This document shows positions 8,028 to 18,243 of a stretch of 64,000 nucleotides of DNA, in pieces. The stretch is from Rhodospirillales bacterium. Its GTDB lineage: Bacteria > Pseudomonadota > Alphaproteobacteria > Rhodospirillales > JASLLZ01. Within the stretch, counting starts at the first letter, position 1; the number at the start of each line of letters is the position of its first letter. Below the pieces are notes generated by a model. It made no database searches. It was not told the DNA's origin and worked only from the letters and a program-made list of their open reading frames with translations. The DNA lies in assembly GCA_030754885.1 (NCBI GenBank), contig JASLZL010000013.1, positions 866 to 64,865 on the forward strand, given 5' to 3'. The position numbers and the translations under genes were made by a program.

Positions 8028-9458
8028 TTACGCGGGGCGCAGGTGAACGAGCTGGTCGGCGAAGGCGGCTTCGTCTTCCAGGCAGCGCAGGTCGAGGATG
8101 CAGGCGCCGTCGTGCATCCGACCGATAACCGGAACCGGCAGCCCCCTGAGCGCCCGGACGATTCTCTTGAGCGCGGCGCCAGAACCCCGCTTGCCGGTTA
8201 CGGGGCGGATGACCAGGGCGGCGCTGGGCAGCCGTTCGACGGGTAGAGAGCCACTGCCGATCTGACTTTGGCAGGGCGACACGTCCACCGTCGCCGTTTC
8301 AGCCAGGCACCCGGCGAGGATCGGCATCAGTCGCCGCGCCTGGGCCTCGATCTCCTCGGCCGGCCGACTGAGGTGGCGCAAGGTCGGCAGGCGCTCAGCC
8401 AATCTGTCGGGATCGGTGTGGAGGCGCAGCACCTGGGCCAGTGCCGCGATGGTCATCTTGTCGAGACGCATGGCGCGCTTCATGGGGTTGCGGCGGATGC
8501 GGGCGACCAGATCGGCGCGCCCGGCAATGATGCCCGCCTGCGGGCCGCCGAGCAGTTTGTCGCAGCTGAATGTGACCAGATCGGCGCCCTGGGCCAGGGT
8601 CTCGGCCACCGTCGGCTCGTGGGGGAGACCGTAGCGGTCGAGGTCAATCAGCGTGCCGCTGCCCAGATCGACGACCAGCGCCACGCCGTGGTCGCGGGCC
8701 AGCGCCGCCAACTCGCCGACCGGAACGGCGGTGCTGAAGCCCTCGACGATGTAATTGGACGTATGTACCTTCATGAAAAGCGCCGTCCTGGAACCGACGG
8801 CGGCGGCATAATCCTTGGCGTGGGTGCGGTTGGTCGTTCCCACCTCACGCAGCCGACTGCCGGCCCGCGCCATGATGTCGGGCATGCGGAATGAACCGCC
8901 GATCTCAATCAGCTCGCCGCGCGACACCGCCACCTCCTTGCGCAGTGCCAATGTATTGAGGGTCAACAGTACGGCGGCGGCGTTGTTATTGACGACGCAG
9001 GCCGCTTCGGCGCCGGTCAAGCGCAAGACAAAATCCTCGACATGGTCGTCGCGTTCGCCCCGGCGCCCGGCGTCGAGATCGAATTCCAAATTGCTGGGCC
9101 CGCCGGCTACCGCCACCATGGCCTTGATGGCCTCAGGCGGCAGGACTGCCCGGCCTAAGTTAGTGTGCAGCACGGTTCCGGTCAGGTTGAAGACCGGACG
9201 GAGCGACGGCGCCGAGCGTTCCTCGATCGTCGCCAGGACCCTGGCCGCGATGGCCTTTTGGGTGCTCAGGGGCCGTGCCGCCTCGCCCTCGGCGGAGAGC
9301 CGTCGGCGTACATCATCAAGGACTGCGCGCACTGCCTCGGTGGCGACCGGGCGCCCATGGGTCTCAATCAGGGATCGGACGGCGGTCAGGCGCAGCACGC
9401 GATCCACCGATGGAACGGCGGCCTGGATGGATGGTACGTCGCGAGACCCCATGGACAA
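8028..9458 (-). CDS. selA: L-seryl-tRNA(Sec) selenium transferase SelA
   Basis: 476 aa. Shows PSVDRVL near the N terminus, the FNLTGTVLHTNLGRA motif, and the PLP-lysine region TFSCDKLLGGPQAG, all characteristic of SelA. Confidence 0.9.
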   Translation of the reverse strand: MSMGSRDVPSIQAAVPSVDRVLRLTAVRSLIETHGRPVATEAVRAVLDDVRRRLSAEGEAARPLSTQKAIAARVLATIEERSAPSLRPVFNLTGTVLHTNLGRAVLPPEAIKAMVAVAGGPSNLEFDLDAGRRGERDDHVEDFVLRLTGAEAACVVNNNAAAVLLTLNTLALRKEVAVSRGELIEIGGSFRMPDIMARAGSRLREVGTTNRTHAKDYAAAVGSRTALFMKVHTSNYIVEGFSTAVPVGELAALARDHGVALVVDLGSGTLIDLDRYGLPHEPTVAETLAQGADLVTFSCDKLLGGPQAGIIAGRADLVARIRRNPMKRAMRLDKMTIAALAQVLRLHTDPDRLAERLPTLRHLSRPAEEIEAQARRLMPILAGCLAETATVDVSPCQSQIGSGSLPVERLPSAALVIRPVTGKRGSGAALKRIVRALRGLPVPVIGRMHDGACILDLRCLEDEAAFADQLVHLRPA

Positions 9459-9493
9459 CGCTCACCGCACCCCCGCTCAGCCGCCCGAGCGCG

Positions 9494-9970
9494 CTACTGG
9501 ACGATCTTCCAGGTCCCGTCCGCTTGCCGACAGGCGCGGCCGATGGCCTTTTCCTGGCGTCCGTCGATGGTGACGGTGGACTCGTACTCGCGGCAATCCT
9601 GGTTGGACGCGGTCTGGTAGGTGCGGGTTGGCGTGACGGTCCCCGCATGGCCGGAATCGGGGTTTCTCCACGTCGAGGTCTGACCGGACCTGCCGGTTTC
9701 CAGGGCATTCTGGGCGGTCCGCTCGGCGTACATGCGATCGGCCTTGTCGAGGGACTTGCCGGCCTCGCTGCCCAGCCAAGCGCCGCCGAGCGCGCCGATG
9801 GCAACGGCCGCCAGCTGGCCCTTGCCGCTACCCATCTGGGACCCCGCCAAGGCACCCAGGCCGGCGCCGATAAGGGTGCCGCCAGTCTGTTTCGGATTGT
9901 CCTGCATGCTCTGGCAGGCGCCAAGTGAAACGGCGACGACGGCGGCCATGGTGACGCGGGCGATTGTCAT
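9494..9970 (-). CDS. 17-kDa surface-antigen-like outer-membrane lipoprotein (glycine-zipper)
   Basis: Lipobox AVSLGAC after a signal peptide, a glycine zipper GGTLIGAGLGALAGSQMGSGKGQLAAVAIGALGGAWLG, and a C-terminal Cys-containing domain. The start is set at MTIARV (9970). Confidence 0.7.
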   Translation of the reverse strand: MTIARVTMAAVVAVSLGACQSMQDNPKQTGGTLIGAGLGALAGSQMGSGKGQLAAVAIGALGGAWLGSEAGKSLDKADRMYAERTAQNALETGRSGQTSTWRNPDSGHAGTVTPTRTYQTASNQDCREYESTVTIDGRQEKAIGRACRQADGTWKIVQ

Positions 9971-10101
9971 GATATGCGTACCTCCAAACATCTGTTGAAC
10001 GGCAATTCGGATGCCGCTCGGTAGGTTTCATTATAGAGCAAAACCGTATTTTTTGCCACCGTCCCGATTGCCGGCCAGCGATACCAACCGAAAGAAGACG
10101 T

Positions 10102-11019
10102 TCAATCGACGGGAGTCGTCCAGTCGGGATCGTCGTGCTTTTGCCAATAAAGGTCGGTGAACCGCGCCGTGACCGGGCCCGGCTTGCCGTCGCCGAGCGG
10201 GATACCGTCAATCCGCGTCACCGCCATGATTCCGCCCGCCGTCGAGATGATGAAGGCCTCGTCAGCGGCACCCAGCCGGTCGGCCGCGAGCGGGCACTCG
10301 TCGGCCCCAATGCCAAGCTCGGCGCACAGCTCCAACGTTGTTGCGCGCGTGATCCCCTTGAGGGTTCCTTGCCCGGGGGTTGTCACCCGCCCGCCTGTAA
10401 CGGCGAACAGGTTAAAACCGGGACCTTCGGTGATGTTGGCGTCCTCGTCGACCAACACCACGGTTTCGGCGTGGTGCTCGTAAGCCTCGAAGGTACCCTT
10501 GATGAAATCCAGCCAGTGATAGTTCTTGATCGTCGGATCGACCGACCGGCTGGGAATGCGGTTGACGGTGCTGATGAACAGGTTGAGGCCCAGGCGGCGT
10601 TGCTCCTCATTGGCCACCCAACTGAACGGAATGGCGAAGGCGATGAAGCCGTTAACGGCCTCGCGCGGGTCGCGGCTATAGCCGGGCGCGGTGCCGCGGG
10701 TGCAGATCATCTCGACATAGGCGTCGTCATGGCCGCTCCGACGGACGCATTCCTTAAGGGTTTCGGCCGGGGTCTCGCGGTCGAACGGCAGCGCGAGGTT
10801 TAGCTTGGCAACGTTGTCGAGAAAACGATCGAGGTGACGGTCGAGGCGGAAGAAGCGACGGCGCCACACGTGCACGACGTCGTAGGTGGCGTCGGAATGC
10901 AGGAAACCGAAATCGAGAATCGAGATGCGGGCCTCCGAAATGTCGCAAAAGTCGCCGTCGATATAGGCGACCCCCGGCGGAAAGCCGCGCTCGGGCTCGA
11001 TTTTTACCTCCGGCTGCAT
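10102..11019 (-). CDS. PLP fold-type IV aminotransferase (branched-chain/D-amino-acid aminotransferase family)
   Basis: 305 aa. Family-typical blocks are ISILDFGFLHSDATYDVV, EGPGFNLF and GTLKGITR. Confidence 0.8.
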   Translation of the reverse strand: MQPEVKIEPERGFPPGVAYIDGDFCDISEARISILDFGFLHSDATYDVVHVWRRRFFRLDRHLDRFLDNVAKLNLALPFDRETPAETLKECVRRSGHDDAYVEMICTRGTAPGYSRDPREAVNGFIAFAIPFSWVANEEQRRLGLNLFISTVNRIPSRSVDPTIKNYHWLDFIKGTFEAYEHHAETVVLVDEDANITEGPGFNLFAVTGGRVTTPGQGTLKGITRATTLELCAELGIGADECPLAADRLGAADEAFIISTAGGIMAVTRIDGIPLGDGKPGPVTARFTDLYWQKHDDPDWTTPVD

Positions 11020-11287
11020 GTCTTAATTCCCTCTTGATTCGCTGAGTGGAACCCATGTTAGCACAGCGTCATTTCGCCATCCGCGAAAGAAAATTTCGCG
11101 ATTTTTCAGTTATCCCCGGGTTCCACAGGGCTGTGGATCGAATTCGGGTTTTTATCGCAAACTTCCTTCGTTAGAATTTTAATCGAGTTCGGGGCCTTGG
11201 TTGGTCCGCAAGGAACGATCGGAGTTCTGGACTCATAATTCGAAATTCCCAGGGGCCCTTCGGGGTTTTAAGGATTTTTGAATTGGG

Positions 11288-11327
11288 GATGGCCCATTCG
11301 AGCAATCGGATGGGCCATTCTTTTTTT
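11288..11327 (+). terminator. strong rho-independent terminator-like hairpin with GNRA loop and U-tract
   Basis: G-ATGGCCCAT-TCGA-GCAA-TCGG-ATGGGCCAT-T followed by CTTTTTTT. This gives about a 14-bp stem (with G-U pairs), a GCAA tetraloop and a 7-T run. It lies in the divergent intergenic region, 61 nt upstream of the ATG at 11389. Confidence 0.6.
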
Positions 11328-11388
11328 GCCACCGCTCATGACGCATAATGGGCCTCCGATGGGGGAACGGTTGAAGCGGGGCAATACC

Positions 11389-12540
11389 ATGCAGATCACC
11401 GACGTCACGGGTATTTTGGTCAATTCCGGCTGGCGCAAGAATTTTCTTTTCGTCAAGGTGGAGACGGACGCCGGTGTATCCGGCTGGGGCGAGGCGTATA
11501 CCCAGGTCGACCGGGAACGCACCGTCGCCGTCCAAGTCGAGGAACTGGCCCGCTACGCGGTCGGCCGCTCGCCCTTCGACATCAAGCACTTCACCCAGAT
11601 GGTCTATAACGACTTCGCCGGACGGCGTTCCTCTATGGAACTCGCCTCGGCCCAGAGCGCCATCGAAATAGCCATGTGGGATATCGTTGGCCGCGCCTTG
11701 GACCAGCCCATCTATAACCTGTTGGGCGGACCTTGCCGCGAGGAGATCCGGGTCTACGCCAACGGCTGGTACACCTTCCTGGAGACGGCCCAGGAATACG
11801 CCGATGAAGCCCACCGCATGGTGGCCCTGGGATTCGACGCCATCAAGTTCGACCCCTTCCCCAACCCATGGCGGACCTTCATTCCCAGCGCCCACGAGGA
11901 CCACGCGGTGGCAGTGGTCGAGGCGGTTCGCCAAGCGGTGGGACCCGATGTCGACCTGCTGTTAGAATTCCAGCGCCGCCTGGCCCCCATGCACGTCATC
12001 AGGCTGGCCGAACGGTTGGAGGAATTCCGGCCTTATTGGCTGGAAGAACCGGGCCCCGTCGATAACCTGGACGCAATTGCCGAGGTGCGCGCCGCCACCC
12101 ACATCCCCGTCGTTACCGGCGAAGCCCTATACTCCAAGGCTGGATTTTCGCCGCTCTTGGAGAAACGCTGCGCCGACATCGTCAATCCGGACGTGTGCTG
12201 CGTCGGCGGCATTTTGGAGTTAAAGGAGATCGCCACCATGGCCGAGCCCTATCTGGTTGCCGTCTCGCCCCACAACTTCAACTCCACCACGCTCGGCCTG
12301 GCGGCGACGGTCCAGGCATCGGCCGTGATTTCCAACTTCATCATCACCGAATATTTCGTGCCCTTCGAGGCGATCGGCAAGGAGATTTGCCCGGACGGCC
12401 TGGGGCTGGAAAACGGTAAAATCCGCCTGCCAAAGGGTCCTGGATTGGGGATCGATCTCGATGAGGCGGCTTTGGCCCGCCATCCCTATCAAGCCTTCGA
12501 GAAACGCCGCCTGCGCCAGCCCCGCGACGAAGGCTCGTGA
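11389..12540 (+). CDS. enolase-superfamily enzyme (mandelate racemase/muconate lactonizing family, acid-sugar-dehydratase-like)
   Basis: MQITDVTGILVNSGWRKNFLFVKVETDAGVSGWGEAY capping domain; AIEIAMWDIVGRALDQPIYNLLGG; barrel metal-ligand contexts (LLLEFQ, WLEEP). The start is placed at the ATG at 11389 because the longer ORF runs through the terminator hairpin. Confidence 0.85.
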   Translation: MQITDVTGILVNSGWRKNFLFVKVETDAGVSGWGEAYTQVDRERTVAVQVEELARYAVGRSPFDIKHFTQMVYNDFAGRRSSMELASAQSAIEIAMWDIVGRALDQPIYNLLGGPCREEIRVYANGWYTFLETAQEYADEAHRMVALGFDAIKFDPFPNPWRTFIPSAHEDHAVAVVEAVRQAVGPDVDLLLEFQRRLAPMHVIRLAERLEEFRPYWLEEPGPVDNLDAIAEVRAATHIPVVTGEALYSKAGFSPLLEKRCADIVNPDVCCVGGILELKEIATMAEPYLVAVSPHNFNSTTLGLAATVQASAVISNFIITEYFVPFEAIGKEICPDGLGLENGKIRLPKGPGLGIDLDEAALARHPYQAFEKRRLRQPRDEGS

Positions 12541-12585
12541 CGATAATGCCGGCGCAATGAGGCGCCGACGCGGGTTCGCTTGACG

Positions 12586-13050
12586 TCAGTTGCGCCGGCG
12601 CCAGTCCCACGGCGTCACGAAGGTGCCGCGCCACAGGCCGCGCTTGGCCTGTTTGGCCTTCTCCTCTGTCGCCTCATAGCCGGTGCCCAGTTGGTGAATG
12701 GCCAGCGTCCAGCCGGTGTGGACCATGTTGCGCCCGACATCGAAGCCGTCGGCCCGACACGTCCCCGTCCAACCGCCTTCTGGGGCCTCATCACGGGTCT
12801 TACAAACGACATTTGCGCCGGCAAGAAGGTCCATGAGCCCGGTGCGCGCCACCTCTCCGCAGGGATAGGTCTTGGCGGGCCACTCGCAGGTTTGCTCCAA
12901 TTCCGGCGCATCAATGCCGAAAAGATGGATGCGCCGCCCGCCGATCTCGACGGTGTCGCCATCGAAAACGTGAACCGGGCCGGTAACGTCCTCGGCCGAC
13001 ACCTGCCCCGCTACGATGAGAACAAGGACGAGGAGGAGCAATCGCATCAC
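12586..13050 (-). CDS. secreted thermonuclease (staphylococcal nuclease/SNase) family protein
   Basis: Signal peptide MMRLLLLVLVLIVAGQVSA. Also VFDGDTVEIGGRRIHLFGIDAPE (SNase Ca/active-site context) and a C-terminal EEKAKQAKRGLW motif. Its start overlaps the stop of the upstream HD-GYP gene by 4 nt. Confidence 0.8.
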   Translation of the reverse strand: MMRLLLLVLVLIVAGQVSAEDVTGPVHVFDGDTVEIGGRRIHLFGIDAPELEQTCEWPAKTYPCGEVARTGLMDLLAGANVVCKTRDEAPEGGWTGTCRADGFDVGRNMVHTGWTLAIHQLGTGYEATEEKAKQAKRGLWRGTFVTPWDWRRRN

Positions 13051-14834
13051 AGGTACTGCGAAACGTCTACTTCGTCTATCTGCTCGGGCTTGAGGAAGCG
13101 TTCGGCATATTCCTTGTAGACGCCGGTTTCGAGGAACAGGTGGAAGAGATCCTCATCGATGTGCTGATCCTTCTTCATGAACGACATGATGCGGATGCTC
13201 TCGCTCAGTGTCTTGGGCGCCTTGTAGGGGCGGTCAGCGGCGGTGAGCGCCTCGAAGATATCGGCGATGGCCATGATGCGCGCCGGGATCGACATGTCGT
13301 CCTTGGTCAACTTGCGCGGATAGCCGGTGCCGATCATGGTTTCATGATGCCCGCCGGCATATTCCGGAACCCGGCGCAAATGTTTGGGAAACGGCAGCTG
13401 CTCAAGCATCACGATGGTCTGCACCATATGGTCGTTGATCTTGAAGCGTTCCTCGGCGGTTAGGGTGCCGCGTGGAATGCAGAGGTTGTATATTTCGCCC
13501 AGGTTATATTTGTGCGCCGGTACGTCGAGCTGGAAGCCAAAGGGATTGTCGTCGGTCATCGCATCGGGGGAATCGCGGCGGATGACGTGCTCTTCCTTGT
13601 CGGCGAGCAGGCTTTCTTCCACCGGCGCGGGCCTCTCGGGCACCTGGGCCCTGCGCTTCGCTTCGTCCCGGGAAATGCCGAGACGGTCGTCGAGGGTGCG
13701 GGTCCAGGTCCGCCCGGCGATCTCCTTGATACGTTCTACTCTTTCCGGTGCCATGAACTCGCCGCCGATGTTGCATTCGGCGACGAAGGCGAAGTCGTCG
13801 TCGAGCTGAGCCAGACGTTCGTCCCGCTCCTTCTTCAGCTTCTTGGCGTCCCCCTTGCCGTCGAGCATTGCTTTGAGATAGTCGATCTCGACGTCGCGTT
13901 TCGCTACTTCGAAACGGGTTCGGATCTCGTGGATGCGGTCGTAGATGGTTTCCAGCTTGGTCGCCTTGTCGACCACGTATTCCGGCGTCGTGACCTTGCC
14001 ACAATCGTGCAGCCATGCCGAGATGTGCAGTTCGTACCATTCGTCCTCGGTGAGGTCGAAGTCGCGGTACAGCGGCGCGCGCGAATCGCAGGCGGCGCGG
14101 GCCAGCATCTTGGTCAACTCGGGCACCCGCTGGCAGTGGCCGCCGGTATAGGGCGACTTGGCGTCAATCGCGCTGGCGATCAATTCGATGAAGGAATCGA
14201 GGAGTTGTTTCTGGGCGTCGATGAGATACTGGTTGTCGAGCGCCACCGCTGCTTGGGAGGTCAGGGCCTCGACCAGAGGCTGAATGTCCTCGCTAAAGGA
14301 AATTACCTCGCCCGTATCCGTGTCCTGGGCGTTGAGCAATTGCAGGACGCCGATGACGTCGCCATCGTGGTTTTTAAGCGGCACCGTAAGGAAGGACCTG
14401 GACCGATAGCCGGTACCTTTGTCGAACTTCTTGGTGCCCGAAAAATCGAAATCTTTGGCTTTGTAGGCGTCGGGAATGTTGATCGAGTCGCCCGACAACG
14501 CGACGTGGGTGGCGACGTTCTTGTGGTTGGGCTTGCCCGTTTTAGAGTCGTACAGGCGCACCGGAGGAAAGGTGATTTCCTTGCCGGTGGTGCCGCCAAG
14601 CGCGATATTGAGTGAGTCCGTGCGCATGATCTCGAACTTGAGGCCTTCGTCCTCGGCGACCAGGTAAAGGGTGCCACCGTCGGCGTTGCAGAGGTCCTTC
14701 GCCTCAAGCAAGATGCGTTCCATGAGACGGTTGTTTTCGCGCTCCGCCGACAAAGCGATGCCGATCTCTATAAGCCTGAGGTAAGCGTCGGCCCCCTTGC
14801 CCTTCGCGCTATTTCGTCGTTTCGCGGCCATCAC
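13047..14834 (-). CDS. GAF-domain HD-GYP phosphodiesterase (cyclic-dinucleotide phosphohydrolase family)
   Basis: N-terminal GAF-like region (ILLEAKDLCNADGGTLYLV...LTVPLKNHDGDVIGVLQLLNA). The HD motif (SAWLHDCGK) and the HHETMIGTGYP motif (HD-GYP signature) are also present. Confidence 0.85.
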   Translation of the reverse strand: MMAAKRRNSAKGKGADAYLRLIEIGIALSAERENNRLMERILLEAKDLCNADGGTLYLVAEDEGLKFEIMRTDSLNIALGGTTGKEITFPPVRLYDSKTGKPNHKNVATHVALSGDSINIPDAYKAKDFDFSGTKKFDKGTGYRSRSFLTVPLKNHDGDVIGVLQLLNAQDTDTGEVISFSEDIQPLVEALTSQAAVALDNQYLIDAQKQLLDSFIELIASAIDAKSPYTGGHCQRVPELTKMLARAACDSRAPLYRDFDLTEDEWYELHISAWLHDCGKVTTPEYVVDKATKLETIYDRIHEIRTRFEVAKRDVEIDYLKAMLDGKGDAKKLKKERDERLAQLDDDFAFVAECNIGGEFMAPERVERIKEIAGRTWTRTLDDRLGISRDEAKRRAQVPERPAPVEESLLADKEEHVIRRDSPDAMTDDNPFGFQLDVPAHKYNLGEIYNLCIPRGTLTAEERFKINDHMVQTIVMLEQLPFPKHLRRVPEYAGGHHETMIGTGYPRKLTKDDMSIPARIMAIADIFEALTAADRPYKAPKTLSESIRIMSFMKKDQHIDEDLFHLFLETGVYKEYAERFLKPEQIDEVDVSQYL

Positions 14835-15121
14835 CCGCTCCTATGTTAAGGCCCGCAAGCTAGTTGCGCCGTGTTAAACGTGTTTCCTATTTGAGTGTTT
14901 TTTCCCGAAGTGGTGAACGAATTCTTGCCTCCGGGCCCCTCTTCTTCGCACCGCACCCTTGACGATTGCTGCGCCTTGCAAATTGACGCTCCCAAAGGGT
15001 ATCCACCTTCGGCGGCGCTGGCAACGGCGTGTGTCGCGGGAGGTTTGCCTAAGTCAGCCCTTGACGCTGGCCGCCGGCTGCGCTGTCTATGGGCACCGGG
15101 CGACGAAAAGGGTGCGGACCG

Positions 15122-16633
15122 ATGTCCTATGCAAGCCTCAGAGACTTCATGGAACGCTTGGAAAAAGCAGGCCAACTGGTGCGCGTCGCCGAAGCGGTCT
15201 CGCCCGAGCTTGAAATGACCGAGATCCAGACCCGGCTTTTGGCCGAGGGCGGCCCGGCCGTCCTGTTCGAGACCGTGATCGGGGCCGGGGGGCAGAAATT
15301 CGACACGCCCGTCTTGGTCAATCTTTTCGGCACCGTCGAGCGCGTCGCCATGGGCATGAACCGTGAGCCGGGCGATTTGCGCCAACTGGGCGATATGCTG
15401 GCCTTCCTTAAACAACCAGAGCCGCCGGGCGGATGGCGCCAGGCGATGGACATGTGGCCAATGCTCAAAACGGCCCTGTCGATAAAGCCCAAGACCACGA
15501 CCCGGGCGCCGTGCCACGAGGTGGTGGTGGAGGGCGACGCGGTCGACCTTGGCCGCTTGCCGGTTCAGACCTGCTGGCCGGGCGAGCCGGCGCCCCTCAT
15601 CACTTGGCCCTTGGTGGTGACGCGCGAAGTTGGGGGCGAAGAAGGGGAAGACGCATACAACCTTGGCATCTATCGCATGCAGGTAACGGGGCGCAACACG
15701 ACGCTGATGCGTTGGCTGAGGCATCGCGGTGGCGCCCAGCATGCCCGGCGTTGGAAAGAACGGAGCGCCGAGCCGATGCCCGTGGCGGCTGTCATTGGTG
15801 CCGACCCGGGAACCATCCTGGCCGCCGTCACGCCGGTTCCCGACACCCTTTCGGAATACCAGTTCGCGGGCCTTCTACGGGGACGCCGGGTCGACCTGGT
15901 GGACTGCAAAACCATCCCGCTCAAGGTCCCGGCCCAGGCCGAGATCGTCCTTGAAGGCCACGTCGCCCTTGACGATTTCGCCGACGAAGGCCCCTACGGC
16001 GATCACACCGGCTATTACAACGCCGTCGAGAAGTTCCCCGTGTTCACGATTTCCGCCATCACCATGCGCCGCGATCCGATCTATCTCTCCACCTTCACCG
16101 GGCGGCCACCCGATGAGCCCTCGGTGCTCGGCGAGGCTCTGAACGAGGTGTTCATCCCGCTTTTCATCCAGCAATTCCCCGAGGTCGTGGATTTCTGGCT
16201 GCCGCCCGAGGCATGTTCGTACCGCGTCGCCGTCGTATCGATGAAGAAAGCCTATCCCGGTCACGCCAAGCGCATCATGATGGGTGTGTGGTCCTATCTA
16301 CGCCAGTTCATGTATACCAAGTTCGTCATCGTCGTTGACGACGACATCGATGCGCGCGATTGGAAGGACGTGATCTGGGCGGTTTCCACCAACGTCGATC
16401 CCGGCCGTGACATCACGGTGATTGAGAATACCCCCATCGATTATCTCGATTTCGCCTCGCCGGAATCAGGACTTGGGGGCAAGCTTGGCATCGACGCCAC
16501 CGCCAAAATGCCGCCCGAGACCAAGCGCGACTGGGGCCGCAAGCTCTGCATGACAGACGACATCATCGAAGAAGTGACGAAGAAGTGGGAAAAATACGGC
16601 CTGCCCGGTTCCGGCAAGCCAATCTGGAAATAG
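15122..16633 (+). CDS. ubiD: UbiD-family (prenylated-FMN dependent) decarboxylase
   Basis: [23 protein letters not shown] terminus. Also [31 protein letters not shown] and length of about 500 aa, all typical of UbiD. Confidence 0.85.
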   Translation: MSYASLRDFMERLEKAGQLVRVAEAVSPELEMTEIQTRLLAEGGPAVLFETVIGAGGQKFDTPVLVNLFGTVERVAMGMNREPGDLRQLGDMLAFLKQPEPPGGWRQAMDMWPMLKTALSIKPKTTTRAPCHEVVVEGDAVDLGRLPVQTCWPGEPAPLITWPLVVTREVGGEEGEDAYNLGIYRMQVTGRNTTLMRWLRHRGGAQHARRWKERSAEPMPVAAVIGADPGTILAAVTPVPDTLSEYQFAGLLRGRRVDLVDCKTIPLKVPAQAEIVLEGHVALDDFADEGPYGDHTGYYNAVEKFPVFTISAITMRRDPIYLSTFTGRPPDEPSVLGEALNEVFIPLFIQQFPEVVDFWLPPEACSYRVAVVSMKKAYPGHAKRIMMGVWSYLRQFMYTKFVIVVDDDIDARDWKDVIWAVSTNVDPGRDITVIENTPIDYLDFASPESGLGGKLGIDATAKMPPETKRDWGRKLCMTDDIIEEVTKKWEKYGLPGSGKPIWK

Positions 16634-16644
16634 GACTACCGCCA

Positions 16645-18243
16645 ATGACCGCCGAACAGCCCGCCTCTTTGGCCGCCGCTGCCCGTGACGCCAATGCCTG
16701 GCCCTTCGCCGAGGCGCGGGCGCTTCTTAAACGCCTGGGTAACACGGCACCGGCCGATGGCCATGTGCTGTTCCAGACCGGCTATGGCCCTTCGGGCCTG
16801 CCCCATATCGGCACCTTCGGAGAAGTGGCGCGCACGTCCATGGTGCGCAACGCGTTTGCCGCTCTTTCCGATCTGCCGACGCGGTTTTTCGCCTTCTCCG
16901 ACGACATGGACGGCCTGCGCAAGGTGCCGGACAATATTCCCAATCGCGACAAGATGGCCGAGCACCTGGGCAAGCCCCTGACCGCGGTGCCCGACCCCTT
17001 CGGCACCCACGAAAGCTTCGGCCACCACAACAATGCCCGGCTCAAGGCGTTTCTTGATGCCTTCGGCTTCGACTACGAGTTCCAAAGCGCCACCGAGTGC
17101 TATCGCGAAGGACGCTTCGACAGTGTCCTCAGCCAAGTGTTGGAGCGCTATGACGCCGTCACCGAGGTCATCTTGCCGACCCTTGGCCCCGAGCGCCGGG
17201 CCACCTACAGCCCCTTCCTGCCCGTTTGTCCCCGCACCGGGCGGGTATTGCAGGTGCCGGTGGTTGGGCGCGACGTGGATGCCGGCACCATAACCTACGA
17301 AGATGAAGACGGGCGCCGCGTCGAGACCCCGGTCACCGGCGGCCATTGCAAGTTGCAGTGGAAGGCCGACTGGGCCATGCGCTGGGTGGCGCTGGGCGTC
17401 GATTATGAGATGTCGGGCAAGGACCTGATCGATTCGGTGCGCCTTTCAGGGCGTATCTGCCGCATCCTCGGCGGCACGCCGCCGGCCGGATTCACTTATG
17501 AGCTGTTCTTGGACGAGAACGGCGAGAAGATTTCCAAGTCACGCGGCAACGGTCTCACGGCCGAGGAATGGCTGCGCTATGCGCCGCCCGACAGCCTGTC
17601 GCTTTTCATGTACCAAAAGCCGAAGGCGGCCAAGCGGCTCTTCTTCGACGTCATCCCGCGTACCGTCGACGACTACCTGGCCTATCTGGTTCGCTTTCCC
17701 GACGAAGACGAGGCCAAGCGCCTGAACAACCCGGCATGGCACATCCACCGGGGACAGCCGCCCCACGAGGATGCCGGGCTGAGCTTCAACGTGCTCCTCA
17801 ATCTGGCCGGGGTCTGTCACACCGAGGATAAGGCGGTGCTGTGGCACTATATCTCGCGCACCCATCCCGACGCGACGGCCGAGAACGCCCCCATCCTGGA
17901 CCAACTGGTCGCGGGCGCTATCAATTATTACCGTGACTTCGTCAAACCGGCCAAGCAAACCCGGCCGCCCACCGACATGGAGAAGGCGGCGCTGGAAGAC
18001 CTGGTATCAGCCATCGAGGCGCTGCCCGACGACGCCGACGCCAAGGCCATCCAGACGGAAGTCTACGAGGTCGGCAAGCGCCATCCGTTTCCCGACCTCA
18101 AAGCCTGGTTCAGGGCGCTTTACGAGATCCTCCTGGGCCAGACCCAGGGACCGCGCATGGGCTCGTTCATCGCCCTTTATGGACGCGCCGAGTCCATCAC
18201 GTTGATCCGCCGCGCCATCGCCGGCGAGGACCTGGAAGCGTGA
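16645..18243 (+). CDS. lysK: class I lysine--tRNA ligase
   Basis: HIGH-type motif ([13 protein letters not shown]) and the KISKSRGNG (KMSKS) motif. Length of about 530 aa and the overall pattern match alphaproteobacterial/archaeal class I LysRS. Confidence 0.9.
   Translation: MTAEQPASLAAAARDANAWPFAEARALLKRLGNTAPADGHVLFQTGYGPSGLPHIGTFGEVARTSMVRNAFAALSDLPTRFFAFSDDMDGLRKVPDNIPNRDKMAEHLGKPLTAVPDPFGTHESFGHHNNARLKAFLDAFGFDYEFQSATECYREGRFDSVLSQVLERYDAVTEVILPTLGPERRATYSPFLPVCPRTGRVLQVPVVGRDVDAGTITYEDEDGRRVETPVTGGHCKLQWKADWAMRWVALGVDYEMSGKDLIDSVRLSGRICRILGGTPPAGFTYELFLDENGEKISKSRGNGLTAEEWLRYAPPDSLSLFMYQKPKAAKRLFFDVIPRTVDDYLAYLVRFPDEDEAKRLNNPAWHIHRGQPPHEDAGLSFNVLLNLAGVCHTEDKAVLWHYISRTHPDATAENAPILDQLVAGAINYYRDFVKPAKQTRPPTDMEKAALEDLVSAIEALPDDADAKAIQTEVYEVGKRHPFPDLKAWFRALYEILLGQTQGPRMGSFIALYGRAESITLIRRAIAGEDLEA

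Noticed and set aside
13512-14615. Large antisense or alternative-frame ORFs (for example 13512..14615, 14846..15742, 28263..29399, 36275..37369, 39947..40960, 48938..49609, 51024..51950, 60704..61630)
   Set aside because: They are fully nested opposite or inside genes with clear family motifs. Their composition is dominated by R/A/G/P/H and they carry no recognisable motifs. This is the expected artefact of GC-rich DNA.
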